This document shows, piece by piece, positions 20,509 through 30,943 of a stretch of 64,000 bases of DNA. The position numbers and the translations under genes are program-made. Source of the stretch: Candidatus Latescibacterota bacterium (lineage in GTDB: Bacteria > Latescibacterota > UBA2968); assembly GCA_965207885.1 (NCBI GenBank), contig OZ242311.1, forward strand, positions 2,880,001 to 2,944,000, written 5' to 3'. The stretch's first letter is position 1, and each line of letters opens with the position of its first letter. A model generated the notes under the pieces. That model had not been told where the DNA came from. It ran no database searches and worked only from the letters and a program-made list of their open reading frames with translations.

Positions 20509-21660
20509 ATGCCTGCACTCAACGCCACCATGTGGACCTATCCCTGGGATTTGCGCGACGAAGGTTATGACGCCGTTCTCCACAAACTTCGCGAAGAAGT
20601 TAAACTCGATGCCATCAACCTGGCATCGGCTTACCACACCTTTGACATGCTGCGTCCCCATCTCCCTGCCAATAACACACTCGAGGTCTCACAATCAGCA
20701 ATTTATTTCGAACCACAAGAATCGCTCTACGGCGCGATCAAACCACATGTTAGCCCTTTGATGCAAAATGAAAACTGGTGGGGCGAAGCAGCAAGAGCCG
20801 CAACATCCGCTGGTATAAATCTCAATTCATGGACCGTCTTTTTTCACAACTCCCACCAGGCGCAATCCCATCCTGAATGTGCCGAAGTCCGCTGCACAGG
20901 TGACATCAGCACATCTGCCCTCTGCCCGGCAAATCCAGACGTGCGTGCCTTTGCCATCGCGCTCTCTCGCGATCTGGTTCTCAACTACGGCATCTCCCTC
21001 CTCGAATGCGAAGCCCTCGCCTACTCTGGTTGGGGCCATCTGCACTACCACGCCAAACACGGCATTGACCTGGGCTCTGGGGGACGCTACCTCTTTTCAC
21101 TCTGTTTTTGCGATAGCTGCAAAAAACGAGCGATGGAAGCCAATATCGACATTGCCCGGCTACAAAGCACTGTCACCGCAAAAATCCGCACGGCCTTTGA
21201 AACCGGTCAACCCGTTCGGGAAACGATCACAGACCTCAAAAGTACAATACCAGACCTCGAAGCATTTGACGCTATGCGCGAAGAAATTGTCACATCCCTC
21301 GTGCGCGAACTCAAAGCGTCCGTTGATGTCCCGCTCTCCTATATCTTGATGGGCGATTCACAAATCACGGGATCGAATCCCAAAGCCATTGCACAAATTG
21401 CTGACAGTGTAGAAATTCTTTCTTATACTGCTGATCCCCAACGCACCAGAACGCGAGTCTCTGAACTCTTACCCATCCTCCAGAGTCCAGACCAACTCGT
21501 TGTCGGACTTCAAGCCTATCCCCCAGCCTCCTCCGATGCAGAAACCCTCTGTGCCAATCTACAAGCGGCCCGAGAACAAGGTGTGACCAAATTCGCCTTT
21601 TACAACTACGGCATCATGCCGCTCTCCGCGCTCGATTGGGTTCGCCAGGCGATCCAATAG
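20509..21660 (+). CDS. Conserved hypothetical protein, possible glycoside-hydrolase-like TIM barrel
   Basis: YPWD, LASAYH, LCPANPDVR, FYNYG motifs; AAGGAG RBS. Confidence 0.65.
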   Translation: MPALNATMWTYPWDLRDEGYDAVLHKLREEVKLDAINLASAYHTFDMLRPHLPANNTLEVSQSAIYFEPQESLYGAIKPHVSPLMQNENWWGEAARAATSAGINLNSWTVFFHNSHQAQSHPECAEVRCTGDISTSALCPANPDVRAFAIALSRDLVLNYGISLLECEALAYSGWGHLHYHAKHGIDLGSGGRYLFSLCFCDSCKKRAMEANIDIARLQSTVTAKIRTAFETGQPVRETITDLKSTIPDLEAFDAMREEIVTSLVRELKASVDVPLSYILMGDSQITGSNPKAIAQIADSVEILSYTADPQRTRTRVSELLPILQSPDQLVVGLQAYPPASSDAETLCANLQAAREQGVTKFAFYNYGIMPLSALDWVRQAIQ

Positions 21661-21708
21661 ACGGATCATAGCACACACCATCATCTTTTTCGAAAGGACA
21701 TATACTAT

Positions 21709-22755
21709 ATGCCCATTATCGACGCAACGCACCTTCGAACCCTGCAACGCGAACTCTACAGCGCTGCGGGATTTCCAGAAGACCAGGCTCACATCGTAGC
21801 CGACCACCTCGTGGATGCCAACCTCTACGGGCACGATTCTCACGGCGTTATTCGCACGCCGGGCTATATTCGCGCCATCACAAGCGGCAACATCAAACCC
21901 GTGCGCGAACTCAAAATCATTCGAGAAACCCCGGTCTCAGCCGTCATTGATGCCGAGCGCACCATCGGTATTGTCGTCGCCCACAAAGCCATGCAAATGG
22001 CGACCGACCGCGCCCTCGAACACACCATCGGCGCCATAGCTGTTCACCGATCCAGTCACATCGGTCGCCTGGGCGATTATCCGCCCAAAGCGGCTGAACG
22101 CAACTGCATTGGCCTGCTCATGCTCAATGGCGGCGGACGCTTCACCGCCCCCTTTGGCGGCACGAGCCGACGCCTCCCCCCCAATCCCATAGCCTTCAGT
22201 GCCCCTACACCCCATGGTCCTCCCCTCATGCTCGACATAACCACCAGTATGTCTGCCGGTGGCAAAGTCGATGTGTATCGCGCGCGCGGACAACAAACAC
22301 CCGATGGCTGGCTCGTAGATGCAGACGGCAATCCCGTGAATGACCCCAATCGCTTCAAAGGCAGCGACGTGGCAATGCTGCCCTTAGGCGGTCCACAAGG
22401 CCACAAGGGATATGGCCTGGGCATGATGATCGACGCCATCGCGGGCGGCCTCTCATGGGCGGGATGCAGTTCAGAACAACCCACGCGAGGCGGCAGTGGC
22501 TATATCGCCATCGCCATCAAAATCGACAGCTTTATCGACCTCGCTGACTATCTCAACGAAATTGGCCGTCTCTGCGACTGGATCAAGTCCTCTCGCACCC
22601 AGCCCGGCGTCGATAAAATTTATCTCCCGGGAGAAATTGAACACGACACACGCGCCAAACGCGAAGCCGAAGGTGTCTTTATCGAAGACGAGACCTGGGA
22701 TAACACAGTCGAAACAGCAAATGAACTGAGTGTATCAATACCTGAAGTACGATGA
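21709..22755 (+). CDS. Ldh_2 (malate/L-lactate dehydrogenase-like) family oxidoreductase
   Basis: ANLYGHDSHG, HIGRLG, NPIAF, LPLGG..GHKGYGL, LPGE. Confidence 0.9.
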   Translation: MPIIDATHLRTLQRELYSAAGFPEDQAHIVADHLVDANLYGHDSHGVIRTPGYIRAITSGNIKPVRELKIIRETPVSAVIDAERTIGIVVAHKAMQMATDRALEHTIGAIAVHRSSHIGRLGDYPPKAAERNCIGLLMLNGGGRFTAPFGGTSRRLPPNPIAFSAPTPHGPPLMLDITTSMSAGGKVDVYRARGQQTPDGWLVDADGNPVNDPNRFKGSDVAMLPLGGPQGHKGYGLGMMIDAIAGGLSWAGCSSEQPTRGGSGYIAIAIKIDSFIDLADYLNEIGRLCDWIKSSRTQPGVDKIYLPGEIEHDTRAKREAEGVFIEDETWDNTVETANELSVSIPEVR

Positions 22756-22795
22756 GGCGTGAAAACCATACCTTCCCCCTTTCACCGCTAATTTC

Positions 22796-22824
22796 TTGAC
22801 AACATATAGTGATTATCGTAAACT
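22796..22824 (+). promoter_or_regulatory. Sigma70-type promoter
   Basis: TTGACA-N17-TAAACT. Confidence 0.65.
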
Positions 22825-22875
22825 GCTTGCGAGCTTATTTTCCTCATACAATTTATCAATGGAGGATACGCACCG

Positions 22876-23625
22876 ATGAGTAAAGATATTCAGCCTCTTC
22901 TGGATGACTGGCCCTGTGAACCCGGGCAATTGTGTGTTCGCAAAATCAGAGGGAATGATGGTCGCGCCAAAGTTCAACTCCGCATCGAAATGGGCATCTT
23001 ACAAATGGATGTCACCGGCCGCCCCGACGGTCAACAGCCCGAAGGGTATGAATCGCTCTTGCACTATTACAAAGCGCTGGCGCAAAAACGCGGTCCAGAA
23101 AACTTTGCGCTCAATTCTGAAAACTGTATGGAACTCCAGATGGAAGCCCTCCAATATTATCATCGCCGCATTAGCTTTCTCGAAATAGGCGAATATCTCA
23201 ACGCCAAAAAAGACGCCGAACGCAACCTCGAACTTTTCGACTTTGTCAAAGAGTACGCAGAAGATGAGGAAGATCGTATGGCGTTTGAGCACTATCGCCC
23301 CTTTGTCATTGGCCACCGCGTAAGGGCTGAAGTCCTGATGTATCTCGAACGCGAAGCCTACGATATGGCACTGTCAAAAATTGACGACGGCATTGACGAA
23401 CTTCGATCCTTCTTCAGAGAATTTGACCGTCACGACCTCATTGACGAAAACGAAGAAATCGCCTTCCTTCAGGAATGGGCAGACGAGATTCGCCGCGACC
23501 GTCCCAAATCCCTATCCCAGGACCTGCGCGACCAGATCCGCGAAGCCGTGGGCCTCGAAGACTTCGAACGCGCCGCAGAACTACGCGATCAACTTCTCTC
23601 TCTGAAGGAAAAGACTGAAATTTGA
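22876..23625 (+). CDS. UvrB/UvrC motif-containing protein
   Basis: QLRIEMGILQM...GRPDG...EALQYYHR; C-terminal AVGLEDFERAAELRDQL. Confidence 0.85.
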   Translation: MSKDIQPLLDDWPCEPGQLCVRKIRGNDGRAKVQLRIEMGILQMDVTGRPDGQQPEGYESLLHYYKALAQKRGPENFALNSENCMELQMEALQYYHRRISFLEIGEYLNAKKDAERNLELFDFVKEYAEDEEDRMAFEHYRPFVIGHRVRAEVLMYLEREAYDMALSKIDDGIDELRSFFREFDRHDLIDENEEIAFLQEWADEIRRDRPKSLSQDLRDQIREAVGLEDFERAAELRDQLLSLKEKTEI

Positions 23626-23638
23626 TCTATAAACCAGT

Positions 23639-23709
23639 TGCGAGAGGTATGAATCACACTAAAAGCCCACGTCCTCTGACTGTGGGCTTTTAGTCTTTAC
23701 ATCATTGTA
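23639..23709 (+). repeat. 71-bp repeat R1 containing a perfect 13-bp terminator-like stem
   Basis: ACTAAAAGCCCAC-N11-GTGGGCTTTTAGT; second copy at 24538-24608 (about 60/71). Confidence 0.85.
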
Positions 23710-23763
23710 AAACAATGATATATATTACATGCAAACCTGCACTTGCGGAGCGTATATCTATCA

Positions 23764-24525
23764 ATGAATGATTCCCTGTCATATTCAGTTGCGGTAATTG
23801 CAGATATTCACGGCAACGTCGCTGCACTCAACGCTGTCCTTGAGGATCTGCAAAGCCAATCCTATGATCGTCTGGTGGTCGCTGGTGACTTAGTGCTGAA
23901 CGGACCCCGCCCAGTCGAGAGTCTTGACACGATACGAAATCTGGGTGTTCCCACGATTTACGGGAACGCAGACCTGTTGGTCTTTGATGAACAGTATTCC
24001 GAGGAAAGACTGGACTGGGTGAGAGAGAAGCTAGGAACAGATGGATTGAGCTATCTAAAGAATCTGCCCTTTGAGCACCGGATAACCCCACCAGGAGGGC
24101 AGTCTCCGGAGGATGATCTTCTCATTGTCCACGCAACGCCTACTGATGTGGCCGGTTTTTTGGTTCTTCAACCTGATCAGGATCCGTTCAGACTTCTGAC
24201 CGTTACGCCAGAAGAGGAGGCCAGGACACTGCTCGGGGATGCGAAGGCCAATCTGATTGTGGCAGGACACTTGCACTATGCGTCCTATGGCGTTCCGTGC
24301 GGTCAGCGATATAGCATCATTGATTCAGTTGGGTTTCCGTTTGATGGGGATCATCGAATCGGATATGCCAGAGTGTGGTGGGATGGGCAGGAATGGCGTG
24401 TGGAGAATCACAGATTAAGTTACGATTACCACAAGGTTGTGGAGGATGTCAGGTGTTGTGGTGCGCCTTTTGGTGAGTTGTCAGCCCAAAGGATTCTTCA
24501 AACCAGGTTCAGGCCGGTAATGTAG
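23764..24525 (+). CDS. Metallophosphoesterase family protein
   Basis: IADIHGN, AGDLV, GNAD, VHATP, GHLH. Confidence 0.9.
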   Translation: MNDSLSYSVAVIADIHGNVAALNAVLEDLQSQSYDRLVVAGDLVLNGPRPVESLDTIRNLGVPTIYGNADLLVFDEQYSEERLDWVREKLGTDGLSYLKNLPFEHRITPPGGQSPEDDLLIVHATPTDVAGFLVLQPDQDPFRLLTVTPEEEARTLLGDAKANLIVAGHLHYASYGVPCGQRYSIIDSVGFPFDGDHRIGYARVWWDGQEWRVENHRLSYDYHKVVEDVRCCGAPFGELSAQRILQTRFRPVM

Positions 24526-24537
24526 AATCAGAAGCCG

Positions 24538-24608
24538 TGCGAAAGGTAGAAATCACACTAAAAACCCCTGTCCTTTGACTGTGAGCTTTTAGTCTTTACA
24601 AGGTTGTA
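24538..24608 (+). repeat. 71-bp repeat R2, decayed copy of R1
   Basis: Ungapped match to 23639-23709 with stem-breaking substitutions. Confidence 0.85.
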
Positions 24609-24695
24609 GCTCACATTGGGTTAATCTTCTCTGGAGAAAAGCTAGTGACTGAAGTCAGATACAACAGGCCAATTTGGGCGGGTAGAAACCCTCTA

Positions 24696-25517
24696 ATGAA
24701 CCATCCCTTACCTCCCACACCCCTTGCTGATGTCAATCTGGTCCTTGACCATTTCAGCGCACAACTCCAAGCACTCTTACAGCGCGACCTTCTCGGCATC
24801 TATATGGTGGGCTCACTCGCTCTGGGTGATTTCAGCCCGCGCAGCAGCGACATTGATTTTGTTGTCGTGACAACTACAGCGATTACTCCTGATCGCTTGG
24901 CTGCCTTGCAACACATTCACGCGCAGTTTGCTGCGAGCGATTCTGCTTGGGCCGAGAAAATTGAAGCGATCTATGTTCCCCCTTCTGCGTTCCGTCACAG
25001 CGCGGCAAACAGCTTGCACTATCCACAAATCGAAAAAGGCACATCGCTTTTCCTTACTCCGCTCGAAGACGGATGGGTCTTCCAATGTCTCACGATCCGT
25101 GACCATAGCGTAACCGTTATCGGACCCGATCCGCGGCCATTGGTCAACACAATCGAAACCCAGGAACTCCACGCCGCAGCAATGATGATCGTCGGCCAGT
25201 GGATGGAACAGGCATCACACGATCCAACCTGGTTGCCGTGGCTACGCAAGCGTGGTGCTCATGTGTTTGTCGTCCAAACACTGTGTCGTTTGCTGTATGC
25301 GCTAGCAAGTGAAACCGTGACCTCAAAGCCCCGCGCTGCTGAGTGGGCTCAAAAGAGCTGCGGAGAACCGTGGGCCACATTCATCGAGCAATCGCTTGTC
25401 AAACAGCATCGTGCGGGAAACATAACGCAGAATGAAGAGAATAAGACGCTGGCCTTCCTGGAATTCACCTGTGAACAGATTCAGCGTTCTGCTGCCTTAA
25501 TCCAGAATGCGGGCTAA
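24696..25517 (+). CDS. Nucleotidyltransferase, AadA/DUF4111-like
   Basis: GIYMVGSLALGDF...SDIDFVV; LCRLLY...TSKPRAAEWA. Confidence 0.82.
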   Translation: MNHPLPPTPLADVNLVLDHFSAQLQALLQRDLLGIYMVGSLALGDFSPRSSDIDFVVVTTTAITPDRLAALQHIHAQFAASDSAWAEKIEAIYVPPSAFRHSAANSLHYPQIEKGTSLFLTPLEDGWVFQCLTIRDHSVTVIGPDPRPLVNTIETQELHAAAMMIVGQWMEQASHDPTWLPWLRKRGAHVFVVQTLCRLLYALASETVTSKPRAAEWAQKSCGEPWATFIEQSLVKQHRAGNITQNEENKTLAFLEFTCEQIQRSAALIQNAG

Positions 25518-25688
25518 CCAGCCATTGCAGCCGAACTCGCCGAGCGAGATCAGGACGATCTTACACTTCCAGTGCGGCGTTAGTGAAAAGAATCACGCCG
25601 CCTAACACAGCGTTTTGCGCTGCGCGCCATTCGGCGCTTGGCCTTCGGCAACCCGCTTCGCAGGTTCGCACACGCCAAAATGTTACAC
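25512..25688 (+). other. Two tandem degenerate attC-like sites
   Basis: GGCTAAC (contains gene stop)...GTTAGTG at 25512-25585; GCCTAAC...TTTTGCG/CGCCAAAA stem...GTTACAC at 25600-25688. Confidence 0.55.
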
Positions 25689-25767
25689 GCAAGTGGCGCA
25701 AGAACTCCCTCAATCAACCCCACTCCGGCAGATTGTGCTCAAAAAAATCTGAAGACTGGTAAACCTA

Positions 25768-26367
25768 ATGCGTTTTCACTTTATTCGCCACGGTAAGAGA
25801 GATCGCAAGATCGGCGACCCTTCATTGACATCAAAAGGGCAAGAAGAGACAGAACTACTCGCCAGGAAGTTAGCATCAAATGGCATCACACGAATCTTCA
25901 GCAGTCCACTGGCACGAACAAGAGAGACAGCAGAGATCATCGCCACCATTTTGAATCTTGAAGTTACTGAAGATTCACGGCTACGTGAACGAATGAATTG
26001 GGGTGACATCGAAGGCCAATCTTTCGATGAATTCATAGCTCAGTGGGAGCGTTGTAACAGAGAAAGAGATTACCAACCCGGTGTTGGCGATTCAAGCATC
26101 GAGGCTGGCAGACGCATTGAGGCATTTGTTTCCGATTGCTATCGTCAGTCATCCAAAGATACTGTGATTGGGGTGACCCATGGCGGTATCTTAGCAGACT
26201 TCCTTCTCAACGTTTTTTCGTTTGAAGAACTGAATCGCATTAGTCCGAAATTCTGCAATGACCCATACAGTGGTGAAGTAATGCGTGAATGCTCTGTTAC
26301 GACGATTGCATACGATGGCAACCAATATCGACTCGACGCTGCTGGGGCTATCTTATTTGAGTATTAA
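25768..26367 (+). CDS. Histidine phosphatase family protein
   Basis: IRHG, SSPLARTRETA, LRE, VTHGG. Confidence 0.9.
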   Translation: MRFHFIRHGKRDRKIGDPSLTSKGQEETELLARKLASNGITRIFSSPLARTRETAEIIATILNLEVTEDSRLRERMNWGDIEGQSFDEFIAQWERCNRERDYQPGVGDSSIEAGRRIEAFVSDCYRQSSKDTVIGVTHGGILADFLLNVFSFEELNRISPKFCNDPYSGEVMRECSVTTIAYDGNQYRLDAAGAILFEY

Positions 26368-26408
26368 CTTTGGGCAGGACCACCGGCATTATCCTGGAGG
26401 CATACAAC

Positions 26409-27155
26409 ATGAGTGACGGGTCTGGGGCCGATCTTGAAACCGTACCTGTCCAGCAAGGCTACGCTCGTTGGTCTGAGACGTACGATACGCAGGATAATTC
26501 CTTGATCATTTTGGAAGAGCCGCTATTGCGATCCCTGTTGGGGGATGTCCAAGAACTCAGCGTCGCTGATATCGGCTGCGGTACGGGACGTCATACCCTC
26601 TATCTGTCAGAAGCAGGTGCCAGGGTGACCGCAATTGATTTCGCTCCAGAAATGATGGCGCAAGCTATTGAGAAGACGAAAGACCACGATGTGCGATTCG
26701 TTACCCATGATCTGACAGAGCGCCTCCCATTCGACAATGACACCTTTGATCGCGTCCTATGCTGCCTCGTCCTGGAGCACATTTCTGGTTTGGATCCAGT
26801 AATCGGAGAAATGGCGAGGATCTGTCGGCCAGGAGGTTTCATTCTCATCTCAGAACTCCACCCAGCGATGCGTCTCCGTCGCCTACAGGCTCGCTTCACT
26901 GATATGAAGACAGGCCAAAAGGTTAACGTCGAGGGCTATCACCACCAGATCGCGGACTATGTCAATGCAGCCTTGAAGGCCCAACTTCAGATTGATCGCA
27001 TTGAGGAGCATATTGCTGACGAATGCCTGCTTGAGAAGTCGCCTAGAGCGAAGGAGTACTGGACTGAGTTTCCAGAAGATTTTGATCTTGGTTGGCCGAT
27101 GTTATTACTCATGAGGTTGGGAAAACCTGTATCCGGTCCCCCACAGGGTGCTTAA
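26409..27155 (+). CDS. Class I SAM-dependent methyltransferase
   Basis: ADIGCGTGR, LPFDNDTFD, RICRPGG. Confidence 0.92.
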   Translation: MSDGSGADLETVPVQQGYARWSETYDTQDNSLIILEEPLLRSLLGDVQELSVADIGCGTGRHTLYLSEAGARVTAIDFAPEMMAQAIEKTKDHDVRFVTHDLTERLPFDNDTFDRVLCCLVLEHISGLDPVIGEMARICRPGGFILISELHPAMRLRRLQARFTDMKTGQKVNVEGYHHQIADYVNAALKAQLQIDRIEEHIADECLLEKSPRAKEYWTEFPEDFDLGWPMLLLMRLGKPVSGPPQGA

Positions 27156-27248
27156 CACGTTCACATAGAACTGCATCCGTTCTGGTGTTTATGTAATCGA
27201 GCCAACAAGCTCGTGAGAGGCCGTTTTGGGCAGAACACTACAGCCATC

Positions 27249-28646
27249 ATGGGGGCTACCTTGCTGGATACCAAGTTGATCTTTGTGGAAGGGATCCCTG
27301 GCTCTGGGAAGACCAATACAGCAGAGTTCCTTTGCTCGCAGCTTGAACGAAACGGGATACCAGTCGCACACATTCACGAGAAAGATCCAAATCATCCAAC
27401 TCGGATGGAGTGGCAAGGCGAGGCCTGCCAGATAGAGGAGAGTCTGGAAAGATGGCGAGACTTCACCGCCTCAAGAGCGCAGAACGATTCGGTCACCGTC
27501 CTCGATGGCCAGCTATTTCATCGCAATACGGCAGAGCTGTTCTTCAACGACGTTGAACCCGTCACAATCGAGAACTACGTTCGAGGAGTCATTAATGCAG
27601 TTTCGCAGCTCAACCCGACTGTGGTTTATCTGATTCAGTCTGACGTGCCGAGTTTCATGCGACGTACCTGTGATGACCGGGGAAATCGCTGGGAGAATAC
27701 CCAGATCAACCTGAAGGTCACCACACGGGCTCGGGCTAAGAGGAATGGGTGGCGGGGATTCGCTGGCTACGCTCAACTCTATACCGCGTTTCGAGAGATG
27801 ACGGATGAGTTAATTGGCAAGCTAGCCGTCCGAGTATGCAGAATCGATATGACCGACCATCAATGGCCTGAATACCTGACGACAATCCTTTCCCACCTAT
27901 CGCCAGGCCTCCAGGAGAAGGACATATCGCACAATCGTCTGGCTGCCACATACGGTGATCTATGCATCTTCCGGTGTGATGGTCTTCATAGCATTACCCA
28001 ATGTGAGACGATCACCAATGTAGCGCGGGACCTGAAGCTTATTCGGAATCCCGACTTGCTCAACCTGGATGGGCTCAATGTAGAGAGAGTAGGTAGAGAC
28101 ATTTACATGCTCTGCAACGAATCACTACAGAGCATCGCATCCCTAAACAGAATCAAAACTGTACCAAGGGATCTCCGCGTGGACGGCCATCCAAAGCTGG
28201 CGTCGCTGGAGGGGCTTCATAGGATTGAGTCTGTTGATGGTCGCTTGCTGATCGTATCTAACCACTCCCTGCGAGACTTGCAGGGGCTGCGAAGCCTACG
28301 GTACGTCTCCGGCGGCATACATGTTACGGCCAACAACAACCTTGCCGTCCTCGATGGTCTGCAAGAACTAAAGGAAATTGGAGGCTTCCTCTACATACGC
28401 CAGAACGAACAACTGGAGAGTCTGAAAGGCCTGGAGCATCTTGCATCCATCGGCGGCCATTTGGAAATCAGCAACAATCCACGACTAAGAAGTCTGAGAG
28501 GACTGGAGAACCTGGCTCACCTGGGTGGTCGGCTTATTATAGGCGGAAATGATATCTTGAGTCAGGCGGAGATCAATGGCTTCGTGGCGCAAATCAAAGA
28601 AAGAGGTTTCTCGGGGGACCTCTCCACAGAGCTTCTCCCGCCGTAA
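27249..28646 (+). CDS. P-loop kinase-like domain fused to receptor-L-domain/LRR repeats
   Basis: FVEGIPGSGKT at the N-terminus; C-terminal LxSLxGLxxLxxIGGxLxIxxN repeats. Confidence 0.75.
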   Translation: MGATLLDTKLIFVEGIPGSGKTNTAEFLCSQLERNGIPVAHIHEKDPNHPTRMEWQGEACQIEESLERWRDFTASRAQNDSVTVLDGQLFHRNTAELFFNDVEPVTIENYVRGVINAVSQLNPTVVYLIQSDVPSFMRRTCDDRGNRWENTQINLKVTTRARAKRNGWRGFAGYAQLYTAFREMTDELIGKLAVRVCRIDMTDHQWPEYLTTILSHLSPGLQEKDISHNRLAATYGDLCIFRCDGLHSITQCETITNVARDLKLIRNPDLLNLDGLNVERVGRDIYMLCNESLQSIASLNRIKTVPRDLRVDGHPKLASLEGLHRIESVDGRLLIVSNHSLRDLQGLRSLRYVSGGIHVTANNNLAVLDGLQELKEIGGFLYIRQNEQLESLKGLEHLASIGGHLEISNNPRLRSLRGLENLAHLGGRLIIGGNDILSQAEINGFVAQIKERGFSGDLSTELLPP

Positions 28647-28772
28647 AGAAGTGAGCATGCCGCATAACACAACAGTGAGTAGGCTCACATCTCAGGCATT
28701 AACAAATTTGGACCTGACGCAGAAATCTTTCTGATCAACCCGAACCCCTCTTCCCTTAAAATGGTGGACCAC

Positions 28773-29285
28773 ATGGACAATCGTATTCTTGCTTTCACCC
28801 TACTCGCAGTACTCCTTTCAACAACGGTTTCACAAGCAGAGGATTGGTGGAAAGTCAGGCTGGATCAATTCAATCACCAGAAATTCAGCAAGGCTGTGAG
28901 CAGAGTCGATGAACACTTCCGAAAAGTTCAAGGACTGACTCGATTGCTCGCTGAGAATAGCGACAATGAGCGCTTTCGGAAGCGGGGCTTTATTTACGTT
29001 TCTCAGGTACCAGAAGGGAAGTCTGTCACCTTTAAAGTGGAAGGTCAGAAGCTAGCCCAATACACAATCCTGGACTGGGACATGCAGTATATTGGGTTTC
29101 CGAATCTTGTAACTCAACTCAAAGGCTACGGCTATGTTACGCAACGTGAAATCCTGCAACTTCGATTGGAAAACTTGCGACTTAAGGATGCACCAGAGAC
29201 GGAAACAAAGAAACTTGAGGAATCTCTGAGGAATCTGGAAGAAGAGATCAAAGACTTTACTTCAAAGACGAAATGGGTTGACTGA
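28773..29285 (+). CDS. Secreted hypothetical protein
   Basis: Signal peptide MDNRILAFTLLAVLLSTTVSQA; C-terminal coiled coil. Confidence 0.7.
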   Translation: MDNRILAFTLLAVLLSTTVSQAEDWWKVRLDQFNHQKFSKAVSRVDEHFRKVQGLTRLLAENSDNERFRKRGFIYVSQVPEGKSVTFKVEGQKLAQYTILDWDMQYIGFPNLVTQLKGYGYVTQREILQLRLENLRLKDAPETETKKLEESLRNLEEEIKDFTSKTKWVD

Positions 29286-29346
29286 TACAAGCGAAGATGA
29301 TTAGACTTTCTCTTGAGGTTTTCACAATACGACGGACCGTTTAACG

Positions 29347-29751
29347 ATGCCATCACATTACGTAAAAGCAGGCGTTGCCGGAGTGATTCTCAGAGGCAAC
29401 CAAATTGTAATGGTTCGCCGTAAATACGGGACACATAAAGGGAAGTGGTGTATCCCTTGCGGAAATGTTGAGGTTGGTGAGGACGTCCGAACTGCCGTGA
29501 GGCGCGAGATTAAGGAAGAGACTGGTCTGGATGTAGAAGTCGGTGACGTCGTGGATGTGCTCTCGACTCATCACTCGCCTGAGCGGAGTGTGGTAGGAGT
29601 GTGGTTTCTCGTTAAAGAAAAGGGCGGTAATCTGGTCGCAGGGGACGATGCTGCTGAAGTCCAGTTATTCCCTCTCGAGGAGCCGCCAGCAGATATGGCA
29701 TTCGAGGCGGATAGGAAGATAATTGAGCGACTGAAAACCACGAACTTGTGA
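29347..29751 (+). CDS. NUDIX hydrolase (copy 1)
   Basis: GNVEVGEDVRTAVRREIKEETG; GDDA. Confidence 0.92.
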   Translation: MPSHYVKAGVAGVILRGNQIVMVRRKYGTHKGKWCIPCGNVEVGEDVRTAVRREIKEETGLDVEVGDVVDVLSTHHSPERSVVGVWFLVKEKGGNLVAGDDAAEVQLFPLEEPPADMAFEADRKIIERLKTTNL

Positions 29752-29865
29752 AGGTCTCACGAGACCGAAGGCGGTGCAAGATTACAAGTGCCAATATCAA
29801 CCCCAAACCTGGCTATTTCCGGATGCCAAACCGGGACGGCATTTGACTGAACGGTCAGTTCAAAA

Positions 29866-30777
29866 ATGACTCACAGAATTGAAACCGTCAACTACAATAG
29901 CAGTATGGCGAGGGACCTGGCTACGTTCTTCGCAGATCTGGTCGGTGGAGTTCCGCATTGCAGGTCCCTTACTCCCGACGAAATTGATTTCGCCGTTGGA
30001 GGAAACGAGAGAAGAAAGAACCGAAGGATCCAGCCAGAAGTGAAGCTGGTCGCTGTTTCAGGTTCCGAGGTTGTTGGGCTTGCCTTAGTAGGGCCAGGAC
30101 ACACCGGGACCTTAAGGCCTACAGGCAGAGGAATTGTCCGATTCCTCGGATACAAACGTGGATGCCGACGAGCTGGCCAGATGCTACTCAACGCCGTTGA
30201 GTCTCACGCATTGGAGAACAATGCGTCCTCGGTCACGATCTTCTCGAGAAACTTTCCCTTCTTCAGATCTCTTCCCCAGGCCAGCTTGTCGAATCACCTG
30301 GCTCACGTCCAGGGGCTCTTGGCCGCACATGGCTACGTTCGTAGTAGAGGTCACGTAATACTTGAGTGGCCGTGCTTCTCGCAGGAACCGGTTCCCGCGT
30401 CCTGCCCTCTGGATTTCCGATCTGAAACTGTGCCCGAGGATGGCGACATGCCTGCACTTCGTGTTACATCATTTCTGAACGCCAGTGAGGTTGGTGTGTA
30501 CTTCAGCCGCCCATTCAGGACATCTGAAGTAAAGAAGGGAGAGGGTCCTTGGCTCTGCGTGAACGATGTTGACGTTGTGGAGGCAGAACAGGGGAAGGGC
30601 TACGGATGGTTGACACTTCAGCGCGGCCTGTACGACGCCTCGCAATTGGGATACCGGAGCGCGATCATCGGTACGAACGAGAACAACGGTCCAGCCCTTT
30701 CACTGTACGCGAACATGGGATTCCGGCCCGTTGACTGGACCTACGACTTCCACCGAGATTTGCAGTCAAACCCATAG
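29866..30777 (+). CDS. GNAT family N-acetyltransferase (tandem-domain size)
   Basis: EQGKGYG; NGPALSLYANMGF. Confidence 0.8.
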   Translation: MTHRIETVNYNSSMARDLATFFADLVGGVPHCRSLTPDEIDFAVGGNERRKNRRIQPEVKLVAVSGSEVVGLALVGPGHTGTLRPTGRGIVRFLGYKRGCRRAGQMLLNAVESHALENNASSVTIFSRNFPFFRSLPQASLSNHLAHVQGLLAAHGYVRSRGHVILEWPCFSQEPVPASCPLDFRSETVPEDGDMPALRVTSFLNASEVGVYFSRPFRTSEVKKGEGPWLCVNDVDVVEAEQGKGYGWLTLQRGLYDASQLGYRSAIIGTNENNGPALSLYANMGFRPVDWTYDFHRDLQSNP

Positions 30778-30943
30778 AGGCGGCTTCCGCCAACTGAAAA
30801 GGCGCGACCACCACACCACCCCCGCCCCCCCAAACCTCCCTTCGGTCGTCCAGTCCTTCGGACACATTGCCTACGCTATGCTACGGCAACATCAGGCATC
30901 GCAAGACGTTAGTGGCCAGGCCGAAGTCGAGAAAGGTCACCGG

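Noticed and set aside
29753-29766. GGTCTCACGAGACC (two BsaI sites) as a synthetic cloning scar
   Set aside because: Present in both naturally diverged NUDIX copies; no vector sequence nearby.
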